From: Bdellovibrionales bacterium
GTDB lineage: Bacteria > Bdellovibrionota > Bdellovibrionia > Bdellovibrionales > CAYMLA01
NCBI GenBank assembly: GCA_965217115.1
Contig: OZ244239.1
Location: 288,001 to 352,000 of the forward strand
Length of the DNA stretch: 64,000 nucleotides
Direction: 5' to 3'
The notes under the pieces are model-generated. The model had not been told where the DNA came from. It was given only the letters and a program-made list of their open reading frames with translations, and searched no databases. Of the stretch, positions 20,754 through 30,217 are shown piece after piece; positions within the stretch are counted from its first letter, which is position 1, and every line of letters starts with the position of its first letter. The translations under genes and the position numbers were made by a program.

Positions 20754-20776
20754 GCGATACTTTAAAATCTTGTCAC

Positions 20777-21295
20777 CTACCAGTTATTCCAACCTTTGGT
20801 AAAACAGCTTCCAAGACGGCAGCTCATACGGCGACGAACTCCTGACCCTCTAAATATCCAACCAAAGCGAGTGCAGTCACTCTGAAGACATTGGATTCTA
20901 AAGCTCTTGTGTTTCTCTCGGATACGCCAACCATTGGTAAAGCAGCTGGGCCTAGACAAAACATCTCTCTGATCAGAGCCAGAAGTGGATTGAGAACAAA
21001 AAATCTGACGAATAAGATAGCCATTAAGCAATTCTTCATCCCAACCATATTCAAAACAATCGCCACTGTGACAACGAATGCTTAAATGAGCATCGCCTAC
21101 ATAGCTCAATACATCCCAGCCATTGTGACGACAATCATTGTCCACACACTCAACTTCTCCCGTGATAAAACCATTGTTAAAAACAACCCAACCGTTGGTT
21201 AAACAGTTGTCTTCATTACAAGACACCTGCACATCACCATAAGCTGCACCCATCATGCTCAAAAATACAAATATCACGCCCATCAGCTTAGTCAT
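20777..21295 (-). CDS. Secreted Cys-rich repeat protein
   Basis: Signal peptide; six C..C-x3-GW repeats; start trimmed to MTKLMG. Confidence 0.7.
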   Translation of the reverse strand: MTKLMGVIFVFLSMMGAAYGDVQVSCNEDNCLTNGWVVFNNGFITGEVECVDNDCRHNGWDVLSYVGDAHLSIRCHSGDCFEYGWDEELLNGYLIRQIFCSQSTSGSDQRDVLSRPSCFTNGWRIREKHKSFRIQCLQSDCTRFGWIFRGSGVRRRMSCRLGSCFTKGWNNW

Positions 21296-21387
21296 CAAAA
21301 CCTCCCTACTCGGATATTCACGGCAAATCGCCAAACCCAAGGGGCATTTCCCCATTTGAGCTAAAAAAAGTCAATGATATGATGCTG

Positions 21388-21738
21388 TCAGTCATTTTCT
21401 TGGGGGGCTTTTTTCTCAAACTCGATCTCTGCTGAGACTTTAACCTTATGACCTCTCGCAAAACGGACGATTTCTTTAGAAAAATCCACCTGCTTCAGCA
21501 TTTTAAGTATCTCTCCACTGACACGATTAACCAGGTCCTCTTTTGATTTAGCCGCACCTTGTAAGAGTCCATTGAGAATATCTTTAGGCAATTTAACCTC
21601 ACCTAAGTAGGAGCGAATACCTTCTTCTGTCATAAACGCTGCCCCTGCCCCAAGGGTCAAAATTTTCTTAAGAGTGTCCCCAAGACCAAATCCAGAGTCC
21701 TCTGTTAATTCTGTTTCATCTTCACTATCGGTTGCCAT
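21388..21738 (-). CDS. Hypothetical protein, phasin/PhaF-like amphipathic N-terminus
   Basis: LKKILTLGAGAAFMTEEGIR resembles granule-associated proteins; overlaps the end of the upstream gene. Confidence 0.55.
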   Translation of the reverse strand: MATDSEDETELTEDSGFGLGDTLKKILTLGAGAAFMTEEGIRSYLGEVKLPKDILNGLLQGAAKSKEDLVNRVSGEILKMLKQVDFSKEIVRFARGHKVKVSAEIEFEKKAPQEND

Positions 21739-22159
21739 AAAGATCTTCCACTCTTTTGTGATAAGCACTCATCATGCTTGGCAGATTCACATTCACAAGA
21801 GCCTTAGCCACAGGGCTTGGGACAAACATCGTAAACTTAGCGTCAATCATATACTCGGCCCGCACTTGACCAGCCTCCTCAGTTAATTTCCAAGAACCAA
21901 TAGAGCTTTTAAAGATATCTCCTGAAGCAAATTCCCAAGAAACTTCTTCGGTGTTCTCCTCACTCATCCACAGACGATAGGTAAAGTTCTTAATCAATGA
22001 AATACTATATTCAACGAGTTTACGATTTTCCTCACTCTGAATAATTTGACAGGTTTTTACTTCAGGCAAGAACTCAGGATACTTTTCATAATCAGTCACA
22101 ATGGCAAAAAATTGCTCCACACTGCAGTTAAAAACTTCCGTCGTTTGCGCCTGTGCCAT
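21725..22159 (-). CDS. SRPBCC family (Coq10/RatA-like) protein
   Basis: IVTDYEKYPEFLPEVK; G.W.L motif. Confidence 0.85.
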   Translation of the reverse strand: MAQAQTTEVFNCSVEQFFAIVTDYEKYPEFLPEVKTCQIIQSEENRKLVEYSISLIKNFTYRLWMSEENTEEVSWEFASGDIFKSSIGSWKLTEEAGQVRAEYMIDAKFTMFVPSPVAKALVNVNLPSMMSAYHKRVEDLYGNR

Positions 22160-22288
22160 GATGCCCCCTAAAAAAAGTATCTTCTCATTCCATTATAACA
22201 AGAAAACTCATTTAAAAGTCCAGCATAAAAAAACGAATAACCTGTTTTCATCTGTGACAAACGTGATCTGCCAAGAACCCTTTTATGG

Positions 22289-23269
22289 TTAAAAAATCTT
22301 CTTTAAGGAGATATTATGGTGAGCATCAATCATTCGCACGGTTCCTGTTTTGGAGCGCATGATAATAGATTGGGTCGTTAGATGATGGGCATTCTTATAA
22401 ACCACTCCATGCACTAGAGGCCCGTGGGTGACTCCTGTACATGAGAACATCACATCTCCAGAGGCTAGTTCATCAATCTTGTAGGCTTTATCCAAATCAG
22501 TCACTCCCATCTTTGTGGCACGTTCACGTTCACTGTCATTACGGAAGTTCAATCGCCCTTGAAAATCTCCACCAATACAACGCAACGCTGCCGCTGCAAT
22601 AACTCCCTCTGGAGCTCCTCCAGTTCCCATCATCATATCAATACCCATATCACCCCAAGAAGTCGCTATTGCTCCTGACACATCACCGTCATCAATCAAG
22701 TGAATTCTGGCTCCCTGCTCTCGCACTTGTCTAATCAACTCTTCATGTCTCGGTCGATTGAGTATCACTACGGTCACATCTTTTAAGGATTTTTTAAGAG
22801 ATTTAGCCACAGCCTGGAGGTTGTCTCTCGTGGAAGCATCAATATCTATAAGCCCTTTTGCCTTTGGGCCCACTGCTATCTTGTCCATATAAGTGTCGGG
22901 AGCATGCAGAAATCCACCGTGTTCAGCTAAGGCCACAACAGATGTTGCCCCGACCCCTCCTCTTGCGCAAATCGTAGTTCCCTCTAGGGGATCTAGAGCG
23001 ATATCAATCACAGGGTCACTCTCGCCTCCTCGACCTACTTTTTCTCCAATATAGAGCATAGGAGCTTCATCTCTCTCCCCTTCACCGATGACCACCGTGC
23101 CATTAATACTAATACCATCGAAAGCCTTTCTCATGGCATCTACCGCCAATTGATCTGCCCCTTTTTCGTCTCCTTTTCCCATCAAACGAGACGATGCCAG
23201 TGCAGCGGCCTCTGTCACTCGAACTAATTCTAAGGCGAGATTTCTATCCATAAATTCATTTTCTCCCAT
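22289..23269 (-). CDS. glpX: Class II fructose-1,6-bisphosphatase
   Basis: VRVTEAAA, IGEGERDEAPMLYIGE, DPLEGT, DGDVSG, GAPEGV. Confidence 0.97.
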   Translation of the reverse strand: MGENEFMDRNLALELVRVTEAAALASSRLMGKGDEKGADQLAVDAMRKAFDGISINGTVVIGEGERDEAPMLYIGEKVGRGGESDPVIDIALDPLEGTTICARGGVGATSVVALAEHGGFLHAPDTYMDKIAVGPKAKGLIDIDASTRDNLQAVAKSLKKSLKDVTVVILNRPRHEELIRQVREQGARIHLIDDGDVSGAIATSWGDMGIDMMMGTGGAPEGVIAAAALRCIGGDFQGRLNFRNDSERERATKMGVTDLDKAYKIDELASGDVMFSCTGVTHGPLVHGVVYKNAHHLTTQSIIMRSKTGTVRMIDAHHNISLKKIF

Positions 23270-23331
23270 AACTCTGATGATCGTAAATCATCTGGTGAAA
23301 GCACTCAAACAGTGTATAATAGAACACAGAT

Positions 23332-23898
23332 ATGAAGATCAATACAAAATTAAAAAAACTCCCCCTCATTTTAACCCTTGCACGTATCGCTGTCGTGCCA
23401 ATTATCATGTATCTTATAGCCATAGAGACGCAGGCAACCAATTGGTGGGCTTGTGCTCTTTTTCTTTTGGCCTCCATCACCGACTATCTTGACGGTTTTT
23501 TTGCCCGACGATGGAATGCCACGACGAACCTGGGAAAGTTTTTAGACCCTGTTGCAGATAAAATTCTTATTTTATCTGTCCTTATTATGCTCATCCCCGG
23601 CGATCATTTAGGCCCCGGTTATTTGGGATCGTTAATGGTGGTTCTACTCATGACCCGAGATATACTTATCGGTGCGATACGCGCTGCTGCCGCTGCTGAG
23701 AATACCATCATCTCTGCTGCTCCCTTGGGCAAATACAAAACGGCTCTGCAGATGATCGGTATCCCCGCTATTCTCATTGGTGATTTCACATATCTTCCCA
23801 TTTCTTTAATTTCTCTAGGGCTCTATGCTCTTTGGATAAGCGTTGTTCTCAGCACAATCAGTGGCTTGGATTACTTGATCAAGTACACCAATAGTTAA
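23332..23898 (+). CDS. pgsA: CDP-diacylglycerol-glycerol-3-phosphate phosphatidyltransferase
   Basis: TDYLDGFFARR..T..GKFLDPVADK; GKYKTALQM. Confidence 0.93.
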   Translation: MKINTKLKKLPLILTLARIAVVPIIMYLIAIETQATNWWACALFLLASITDYLDGFFARRWNATTNLGKFLDPVADKILILSVLIMLIPGDHLGPGYLGSLMVVLLMTRDILIGAIRAAAAAENTIISAAPLGKYKTALQMIGIPAILIGDFTYLPISLISLGLYALWISVVLSTISGLDYLIKYTNS

Positions 23899-24134
23899 AG
23901 AAGTGACATTCTGACCTGGAAGTCCATCATCATAGCCTCTTCATTTTGAAAAACCGTAAGAATACAACTTCCTCTTGGACCTTTAACAACCACGGCAACC
24001 CTCTGTTTAGGATCTTTTAGATACTCCCCCACATCAGTATGAGTAAAAGCCTGATCAAAACCTTCTTCTTGTAAAAAAAACTCGGCTTCTTTCATCGATA
24101 AAAACCTGTGGTTTTCACTAATACGATCACTCAC
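23895..24134 (-). CDS. Small hypothetical protein
   Basis: 79-aa ORF filling the gap downstream of the cyclase; AAGG upstream. Confidence 0.5.
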   Translation of the reverse strand: MSDRISENHRFLSMKEAEFFLQEEGFDQAFTHTDVGEYLKDPKQRVAVVVKGPRGSCILTVFQNEEAMMMDFQVRMSLL

Positions 24135-24170
24135 TTCTTCGCCCTTCCTTGCCTACAAGCACAATCTAAC

Positions 24171-26339
24171 TCAGGCAGCATAGTGTTTTTTCACATCTTT
24201 TTCAAACAAAGAATCTGTCTCTATGAGTTTTTGAATCAACTCATTCAAAGATTCATCTTGAATTTTTCTTGCCGCAATAAGTGCTTGTCGTCGAACTTTT
24301 TCATTATCATGATCGATGTAGCCCCTTAGACTCGTTACTAGATTCCGCAGGGGCGTGGAAGTTTCAAAGGCAACTAGATTCTCTTTTTTATAAAAACTAG
24401 CTAATTCACCAAGAACAAATAATGCCGACGCTGTATAATCTGATCTTTTGTCCCTTAACATCTTCGTCAGAACCCTTAACAGAGGCTTTCCTAAATTCTC
24501 TCGACCCGTTTTAATAAGGACGTTTGCCAACACTCTGTTATTGACATGATGAATAAGTCTATCTTCAAATAATTTTTCAAGGGGGACATTAAAGTACTGA
24601 TAGACTTCAATAATATTGGCCATCAAGCGATGACTCTTCCCTCTCTCAAGGAACCCATCAAAAATAGGCTCAATTTCATTAATGAAAGTCTCGCGGTCAA
24701 ATAAAGCCGTTGATAGATTTACTGCTGTCGAGAGAAGAAACGTCCACTGGCTTCCATCATGGTTCTCACAATGTGAATGGAAAACATTTAGAATCTTCTG
24801 GTACTCCTTCACTAACTCATCATCAGACACAGATATTTTAAAATCCCCAATAACAGATAGAGCCTGAGTGTAAAATTGATGGTTCATCGTCTTTGGCGTT
24901 GAGATCAATGACTCTGATATAAAAGATAACATCTCAAGAACGGACGGAAGGCTACGGTAATAAGTCAGTTTTTTCATACCAACATTTGTTTTTTGCAGAT
25001 GGTTGAGATACGTAGACAAAGGCTTGTGCTCTTTATAAGAGTAAATTTGTACAGGCTGTGGAAGTCCCTTAAGCTCAACGAGATCACCACGCTCACTTTT
25101 ACATAGGAAATCAATGTTCGCAGCAAAATCATTGTTATAATAAGCAGTGTTCATTTCTCTCTCTTTAATATGAGATAAAATACGTACAGTTTCAATCAAT
25201 ATTCCCCCTGAGAGGGAGTGTCCATTAACTTGTTTACCAAAACGTAAATCACCATGGGCTAAAGCCGATTTTACAAAAAAGCCATAACCATTTTCTTCCT
25301 GTACCCTCTTATTAAATCGAGCGGCGGTCTCATTGATCTCACGCACGGCGCTTATAGCAATGGCACGAGAATTTTGATGTTGATCATCCTTAAAGTAATA
25401 GATCACTTCATCACCGAGAAACTCAGAGAGAACCCCTCCATAACGAGACACAATGACAGTTACTTCTGTGAAAAAATCATTAATCACGGACATAAAGGCC
25501 TCAACTGAATAATGATTAAATATATGACTAAAATTATTTATATCTGTCCGCACTATAGTACAATCAAACCTGTATGGAGCTTTTTTACCAGAATCTATTT
25601 CTGTCTTAAGAGCTGATAGAACCTGATTCCCTAGTTTAAAGTTCTCATCCTCAAGAGTTTCTACTCTATCTCTGAAGGCACCAAAGCCCTTTGCCAACGC
25701 TTCACCTTCTTCAGATTTGTGTTTAATATCTTGTAGCTCCTTCTTAGAACCTCTGACCATGAGCTTTAGAGTTAATGAGATCTCTTTAAAATAGTACAGG
25801 CTAATTAATAATAGAGAGACAAAAACAAAGAGGATCTCTCTTAAATAATCTCCTCTATAGTTCATGAATTGCTCAAAAACTCTATAAAATCCAGGATTAA
25901 TCACTCCGACGGTGAACACTTTATCGCCAACACGGGTGCTGGCATAAGCCATGTTTTTGAAGTCGAGAACGTGACCAATGCTCTCTGTCAATATATCCTT
26001 CGGTGGGTTCTCCAATGCTTTAGAGTAAAAGTACTCTAACTTTCCATTTAAAACCTTCTTCAACGTTGATCGACTCACGTCAGTGATCATGTAAAAATCC
26101 ACAAAATTTTGATCTATGGCTCTTTCCACGTGAAGAGCAGCCTGTTCTGTCTGACCTAACTGTAAAAACCCTCGGCCCATATCGATATAGGATTGCATAT
26201 TTTCAATTTTTCTATTCTCTACAGCATTCCAACTTTCATGTGAATGCCTTAAAATATCAAAGGCGTAATACAAGATATAGGTACACAAAAAAGCACTCAC
26301 TATCAGAAAAACTGTCTGTTTTTTTTTCTTTAACTCCAT
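24171..26339 (-). CDS. Membrane-anchored class III nucleotide cyclase with HEAT-like C-terminus
   Basis: Two TM segments, coiled linker, TDINNFS and FLGDEV metal-binding Asp motifs; NRVLAN and KVRRQAL HEAT-like helices. Confidence 0.8.
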   Translation of the reverse strand: MELKKKKQTVFLIVSAFLCTYILYYAFDILRHSHESWNAVENRKIENMQSYIDMGRGFLQLGQTEQAALHVERAIDQNFVDFYMITDVSRSTLKKVLNGKLEYFYSKALENPPKDILTESIGHVLDFKNMAYASTRVGDKVFTVGVINPGFYRVFEQFMNYRGDYLREILFVFVSLLLISLYYFKEISLTLKLMVRGSKKELQDIKHKSEEGEALAKGFGAFRDRVETLEDENFKLGNQVLSALKTEIDSGKKAPYRFDCTIVRTDINNFSHIFNHYSVEAFMSVINDFFTEVTVIVSRYGGVLSEFLGDEVIYYFKDDQHQNSRAIAISAVREINETAARFNKRVQEENGYGFFVKSALAHGDLRFGKQVNGHSLSGGILIETVRILSHIKEREMNTAYYNNDFAANIDFLCKSERGDLVELKGLPQPVQIYSYKEHKPLSTYLNHLQKTNVGMKKLTYYRSLPSVLEMLSFISESLISTPKTMNHQFYTQALSVIGDFKISVSDDELVKEYQKILNVFHSHCENHDGSQWTFLLSTAVNLSTALFDRETFINEIEPIFDGFLERGKSHRLMANIIEVYQYFNVPLEKLFEDRLIHHVNNRVLANVLIKTGRENLGKPLLRVLTKMLRDKRSDYTASALFVLGELASFYKKENLVAFETSTPLRNLVTSLRGYIDHDNEKVRRQALIAARKIQDESLNELIQKLIETDSLFEKDVKKHYAA

Positions 26340-26386
26340 TAGGTTTTCTCCTCATTTTAATAATGACTCTTTGAGTGCCCATTTAA

Positions 26387-28360
26387 TTAAAGTTTATCCA
26401 TTTTTCCTTTCCTGTAACTATAATGTTTTTTACACTTCTCACTACAACCATAAGTTACGCCTAGGTGATCAATACGGATGCCTTGGTTCTTTAACCTTTC
26501 AGCTATCCCCTCTCTCTTAGCTCTCAGCGACTGAATAATCCTACGGGGATTATTCTCAATATTGTAAATCATCAGCCCTGTTGAGAGTGAACTGGAATAA
26601 GAACCCCTGCCACTTCCATCATCGTCCTGGAGATTGGGTTTTTTAGCCCCTTGAGTTTTTACATTTACATTTACATTTACCCCTCCCTTGTCTTTGCCTT
26701 TAGGTGAATAGAATATTTTAGGTCCATTCTCTGAACTCCCATCAGAAACAGTTTTACCAGGCAAGACAAGCACTCTGCCTTGATTTGTTGACCTGGACCC
26801 CTTTATTTTTCTTCCTTGCGTCACATCAGTCTGCTCATGTCTCTTTCCTTTTACCCCTTCTCCAAATTCTACCAGTGGTTTTTTCTCGAGAAATCTTTCA
26901 CTGTCGCCCTGTGGAGGGGGGGGGGGCTGGGTTTCTTTAGGGGTTTCTTTAGAAGTTTCTTTAAAATTTTCTTCCACTTCGCCACTCCCTTCTGGAACAC
27001 GCCCTTTTATGACGGTCCACTGGGGAGGTGCAAAATTGCTGGCAGGCAAGCTTCTTTCCACTCCTTCACCTTTGGCGACAGCCTGGGGTAAAAAGGCGGC
27101 ACGTAAAACTCCACTTGCACGGCCTATCAGGGGGTTGACTCTTTCCAGCTGCGCGCTAACATTCAAACGACCCTCGGCTGTTGAAACTGGTAGAGGGAAT
27201 TTATTACGTAATTGCCCCCTATGCCCAGGTGACGCTTGATCTAGAGGGGGCGGCAGCCCACTTTCTACGACACTTGCAGCATTGAAAACACTCGCTCCCA
27301 CTTCGTTTGTTTTTCCATTAGCGCCAAGTACTGCTATTTTCGTATTTATTTTTTTATCCTTAAGCAAGTCTTTACAGGAGTCCTCATCTTCATCGAAACA
27401 ACAACCGATGACCACATCCGTGGATTCACCCAATGTTTTCCGCAAAAAACCATCGATAAATACATCCTGAACGTATTCTCCATCCCCAGAGGACAGAACA
27501 CTCTCTGGAATATTCATCTGATTTTTACCATCAATAAAAGACGGCTCACTCGTGTCTCTCTTACAAGCTATCTTAGGAGCTTTAAGGTTCAATATATCCG
27601 CCTTAACTTGAGTGACCATTTTGTTCAATTTCATCTTTTGTAAACAAGAAACTCCAACACTCTCCACAGCAGTCACAGCTTTGACACCACCTTCCACCAT
27701 CTGCTCTCTATGCTCGTTAGAAAAACCCTGGCAAGACTTGTCCATTAATAAGTCCAAGGATTTTTTAATCCAAATTTTTCGAAAAGTAACTTGAAGCTCC
27801 CTCATATCCTGTAGATTCCCGCTCTGATGACAGGCATTTATATGTCCCAAACGTAAAAGACCTTTCGGGGTCCTCTTGTGCACAAACGGCGTTTCTGTAT
27901 AGGGCTGGGACTCTTTGCCCACAAATTTGTAAATCTTCTCTTTAGAATCGTAAGAGTAGGTGAGTTTCTGTTTCACTCCATGGACTTCACGCAAGAGATA
28001 TAGCTTTTGATAGTGTCCTTGATGATCGGGGGTGGCGTATCGTAATTCAACACCATCTTTTCTAATGATCGCCTCATCCACGTGGCCATTACCACTGTTG
28101 TCATGGTACTCCAACCTGATGTCAGACGTCTTTCCTCCGGGACTATCAACTAAGATGATTTGATGATTTACATTTCCATCTTCATCCATGTTTTCTACAA
28201 TCCTGTGGGCGAGTCCCTTTTCAGAAGTCCACTCTTTCGTCGATAGTTTCGCCTCTGCTACAGACAGGGCAGAGCAAATAACTGCTAAAAGAAAAGATCT
28301 TAAACACCCATCTCCCAAAGAAATCACTCCCTCATTTTTAAGCACGAACCCACGCAACAC
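26387..28360 (-). CDS. Hypothetical secreted protein with low-complexity C-terminal half
   Basis: 657-aa ORF, signal peptide ending AEA, several Cys, Pro/Gly/Lys-rich tail. Confidence 0.7.
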   Translation of the reverse strand: MLRGFVLKNEGVISLGDGCLRSFLLAVICSALSVAEAKLSTKEWTSEKGLAHRIVENMDEDGNVNHQIILVDSPGGKTSDIRLEYHDNSGNGHVDEAIIRKDGVELRYATPDHQGHYQKLYLLREVHGVKQKLTYSYDSKEKIYKFVGKESQPYTETPFVHKRTPKGLLRLGHINACHQSGNLQDMRELQVTFRKIWIKKSLDLLMDKSCQGFSNEHREQMVEGGVKAVTAVESVGVSCLQKMKLNKMVTQVKADILNLKAPKIACKRDTSEPSFIDGKNQMNIPESVLSSGDGEYVQDVFIDGFLRKTLGESTDVVIGCCFDEDEDSCKDLLKDKKINTKIAVLGANGKTNEVGASVFNAASVVESGLPPPLDQASPGHRGQLRNKFPLPVSTAEGRLNVSAQLERVNPLIGRASGVLRAAFLPQAVAKGEGVERSLPASNFAPPQWTVIKGRVPEGSGEVEENFKETSKETPKETQPPPPPQGDSERFLEKKPLVEFGEGVKGKRHEQTDVTQGRKIKGSRSTNQGRVLVLPGKTVSDGSSENGPKIFYSPKGKDKGGVNVNVNVKTQGAKKPNLQDDDGSGRGSYSSSLSTGLMIYNIENNPRRIIQSLRAKREGIAERLKNQGIRIDHLGVTYGCSEKCKKHYSYRKGKMDKL

Positions 28361-28610
28361 CGTTTGACTCCTAAGATTCTCCCCAGGAGCTTCTGCACCC
28401 CACGATATTTAACGCCTCTTAATACGCCCCTTATGACAATACCAAACCTCTATCGGCCAATCACAGAAAGATGATTAAGAGATCATAATAATGTTCCAAT
28501 ATGGGACGTCAGACCCTAAAAAATGCTTTTTCCTTCAACTTCACCCATTCAATTTACGATAGCTTTTCCAGGGGCAGTCGCGATAGTCTCTTCTCTTCTA
28601 AGAGAGACCC

Positions 28611-30029
28611 GTGAACTTGAATCTTATGAAAAATATTTTCAACAACGATTTTCTAAAACCCATTGCCTTGGCCCTCTTTGTCATCGCCTCTCTGTTCTTC
28701 TCTCTGTTCTTCTCTCTCTCTGGGCAACAGTCAAAAGCCCCTTCGGGCCATACAGAACAGGCCTCCTGGTTTATCAATAGCAAGACTGTCCTAGAGGTCA
28801 GAGAAGATGACCATGGCAGTTATTGGCCCCAATTTGATTCATCGGTCTACCCATTGAGCGCCATAGGTCTGCTCATTGTAAATAAGGAGCTACAGTGCAC
28901 AGGCTTTATTGTGGGCCCCTATGAAGTGATCACTGCCGCTCACTGTATTTATGATATTAAAAACATTGGCGGCACCCATGGGAAGGACCCCTATGACGAC
29001 ATCATCATTGTCTTTGAGCGTTTTGAGAACAATCACTCAGGTAATAAAAAATATCGCCTCCGCCCCGTTCTTACACACTCTGCTCACACAGCACAAGTAG
29101 ACCGGCAGAGACGACCTCGGAGAGCGCCTGCTGGGTTTTTACATGATTGGTACCTCTTAAAGAGTGACAAGCCCATCGGCGAATACTTTGGCTGGCTAGG
29201 TCTTAAAAACTCCCAGCAAGGGACGACGTCTTCAAGCCAACGGGTTCCCGAATATTTCAGCAGAGAAATGATGAAATACTTCATCACCTCTGGCAACTCC
29301 CTGAATCATATTTTTCAGCTCAGATCCCAAACACCTGTCAAAGAAGATGTGATTCAAGGGCCTAACGAGCTGGCTTTAACCAAAACAATTGTCCCCTCCT
29401 TTATCAGTGCCAACGGGATAGGGAAGCACACTGTGGACAGGGGAAATTTTTCCACCTTTCCCATGTCCATTTCCTATGATTGCAATTTTAAAGATTTCCT
29501 CTACAAAGATCTCCTATTCACCAATCTCATCCACAACTGCAATATCTCAGGGGGCGCCTCTGGTTCCCCCCACCTGGAGATCTCTGATAACAAGGCCTAC
29601 GTCACAGGCATCATCTCGGGGGGTAGTGGGAATATCAAGCAATCTGCCAAGAAGACAATCACAGAGCGCATTATTAAACATTTACAAGAGCTTTACAGCA
29701 TCTTGAAAAAACACAATCCAGAAGAGGACTCTGCCTACCAATACTCCTTTGACAAGAAAACAGGAAAGCGCGTTGCACAGTTAAAACGAATGCTCAAACG
29801 CAAGGGTATTTTTATCAATAAAAAGAGCTCCGACATTGGCAATGTCTTTGAACATCTCCAAACACAACGGCGTAGATTTAACACGATCAGCAAAGAGCGC
29901 CTTCCATTTTTCTTCACACAGGCAAAGACTCATCCGATGGAGAGGAATTACAACCAATCCACTCCCTCTGATGATTTTTTCTATCCTGTCAGAGATTACC
30001 TTAAAGAAAACTATCCCCACCTTTTCTAA
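28611..30029 (+). CDS. Trypsin-like (S1) serine protease, exported
   Basis: CTGFIVG..VITAAHC, DWYLL, GASGSP catalytic triad motifs; N-terminal hydrophobic segment. Confidence 0.88.
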   Translation: MNLNLMKNIFNNDFLKPIALALFVIASLFFSLFFSLSGQQSKAPSGHTEQASWFINSKTVLEVREDDHGSYWPQFDSSVYPLSAIGLLIVNKELQCTGFIVGPYEVITAAHCIYDIKNIGGTHGKDPYDDIIIVFERFENNHSGNKKYRLRPVLTHSAHTAQVDRQRRPRRAPAGFLHDWYLLKSDKPIGEYFGWLGLKNSQQGTTSSSQRVPEYFSREMMKYFITSGNSLNHIFQLRSQTPVKEDVIQGPNELALTKTIVPSFISANGIGKHTVDRGNFSTFPMSISYDCNFKDFLYKDLLFTNLIHNCNISGGASGSPHLEISDNKAYVTGIISGGSGNIKQSAKKTITERIIKHLQELYSILKKHNPEEDSAYQYSFDKKTGKRVAQLKRMLKRKGIFINKKSSDIGNVFEHLQTQRRRFNTISKERLPFFFTQAKTHPMERNYNQSTPSDDFFYPVRDYLKENYPHLF

Positions 30030-30217
30030 GGAAAATGCCACCCCCCCAGGGGAGTTTCTCTCTCCCACCGGAGGTGACCCCTAAGGGCTCAGAGTATTGA
30101 TGTTTTTTCATATTTAGGAAATATCTACACAAATAAATTCAAATTTAAGGGACCAACACCCTCAGACACCTTTAATTGAGGTGCCACACTGGCATGGACG
30201 TCGCATCGGATCTGTGT

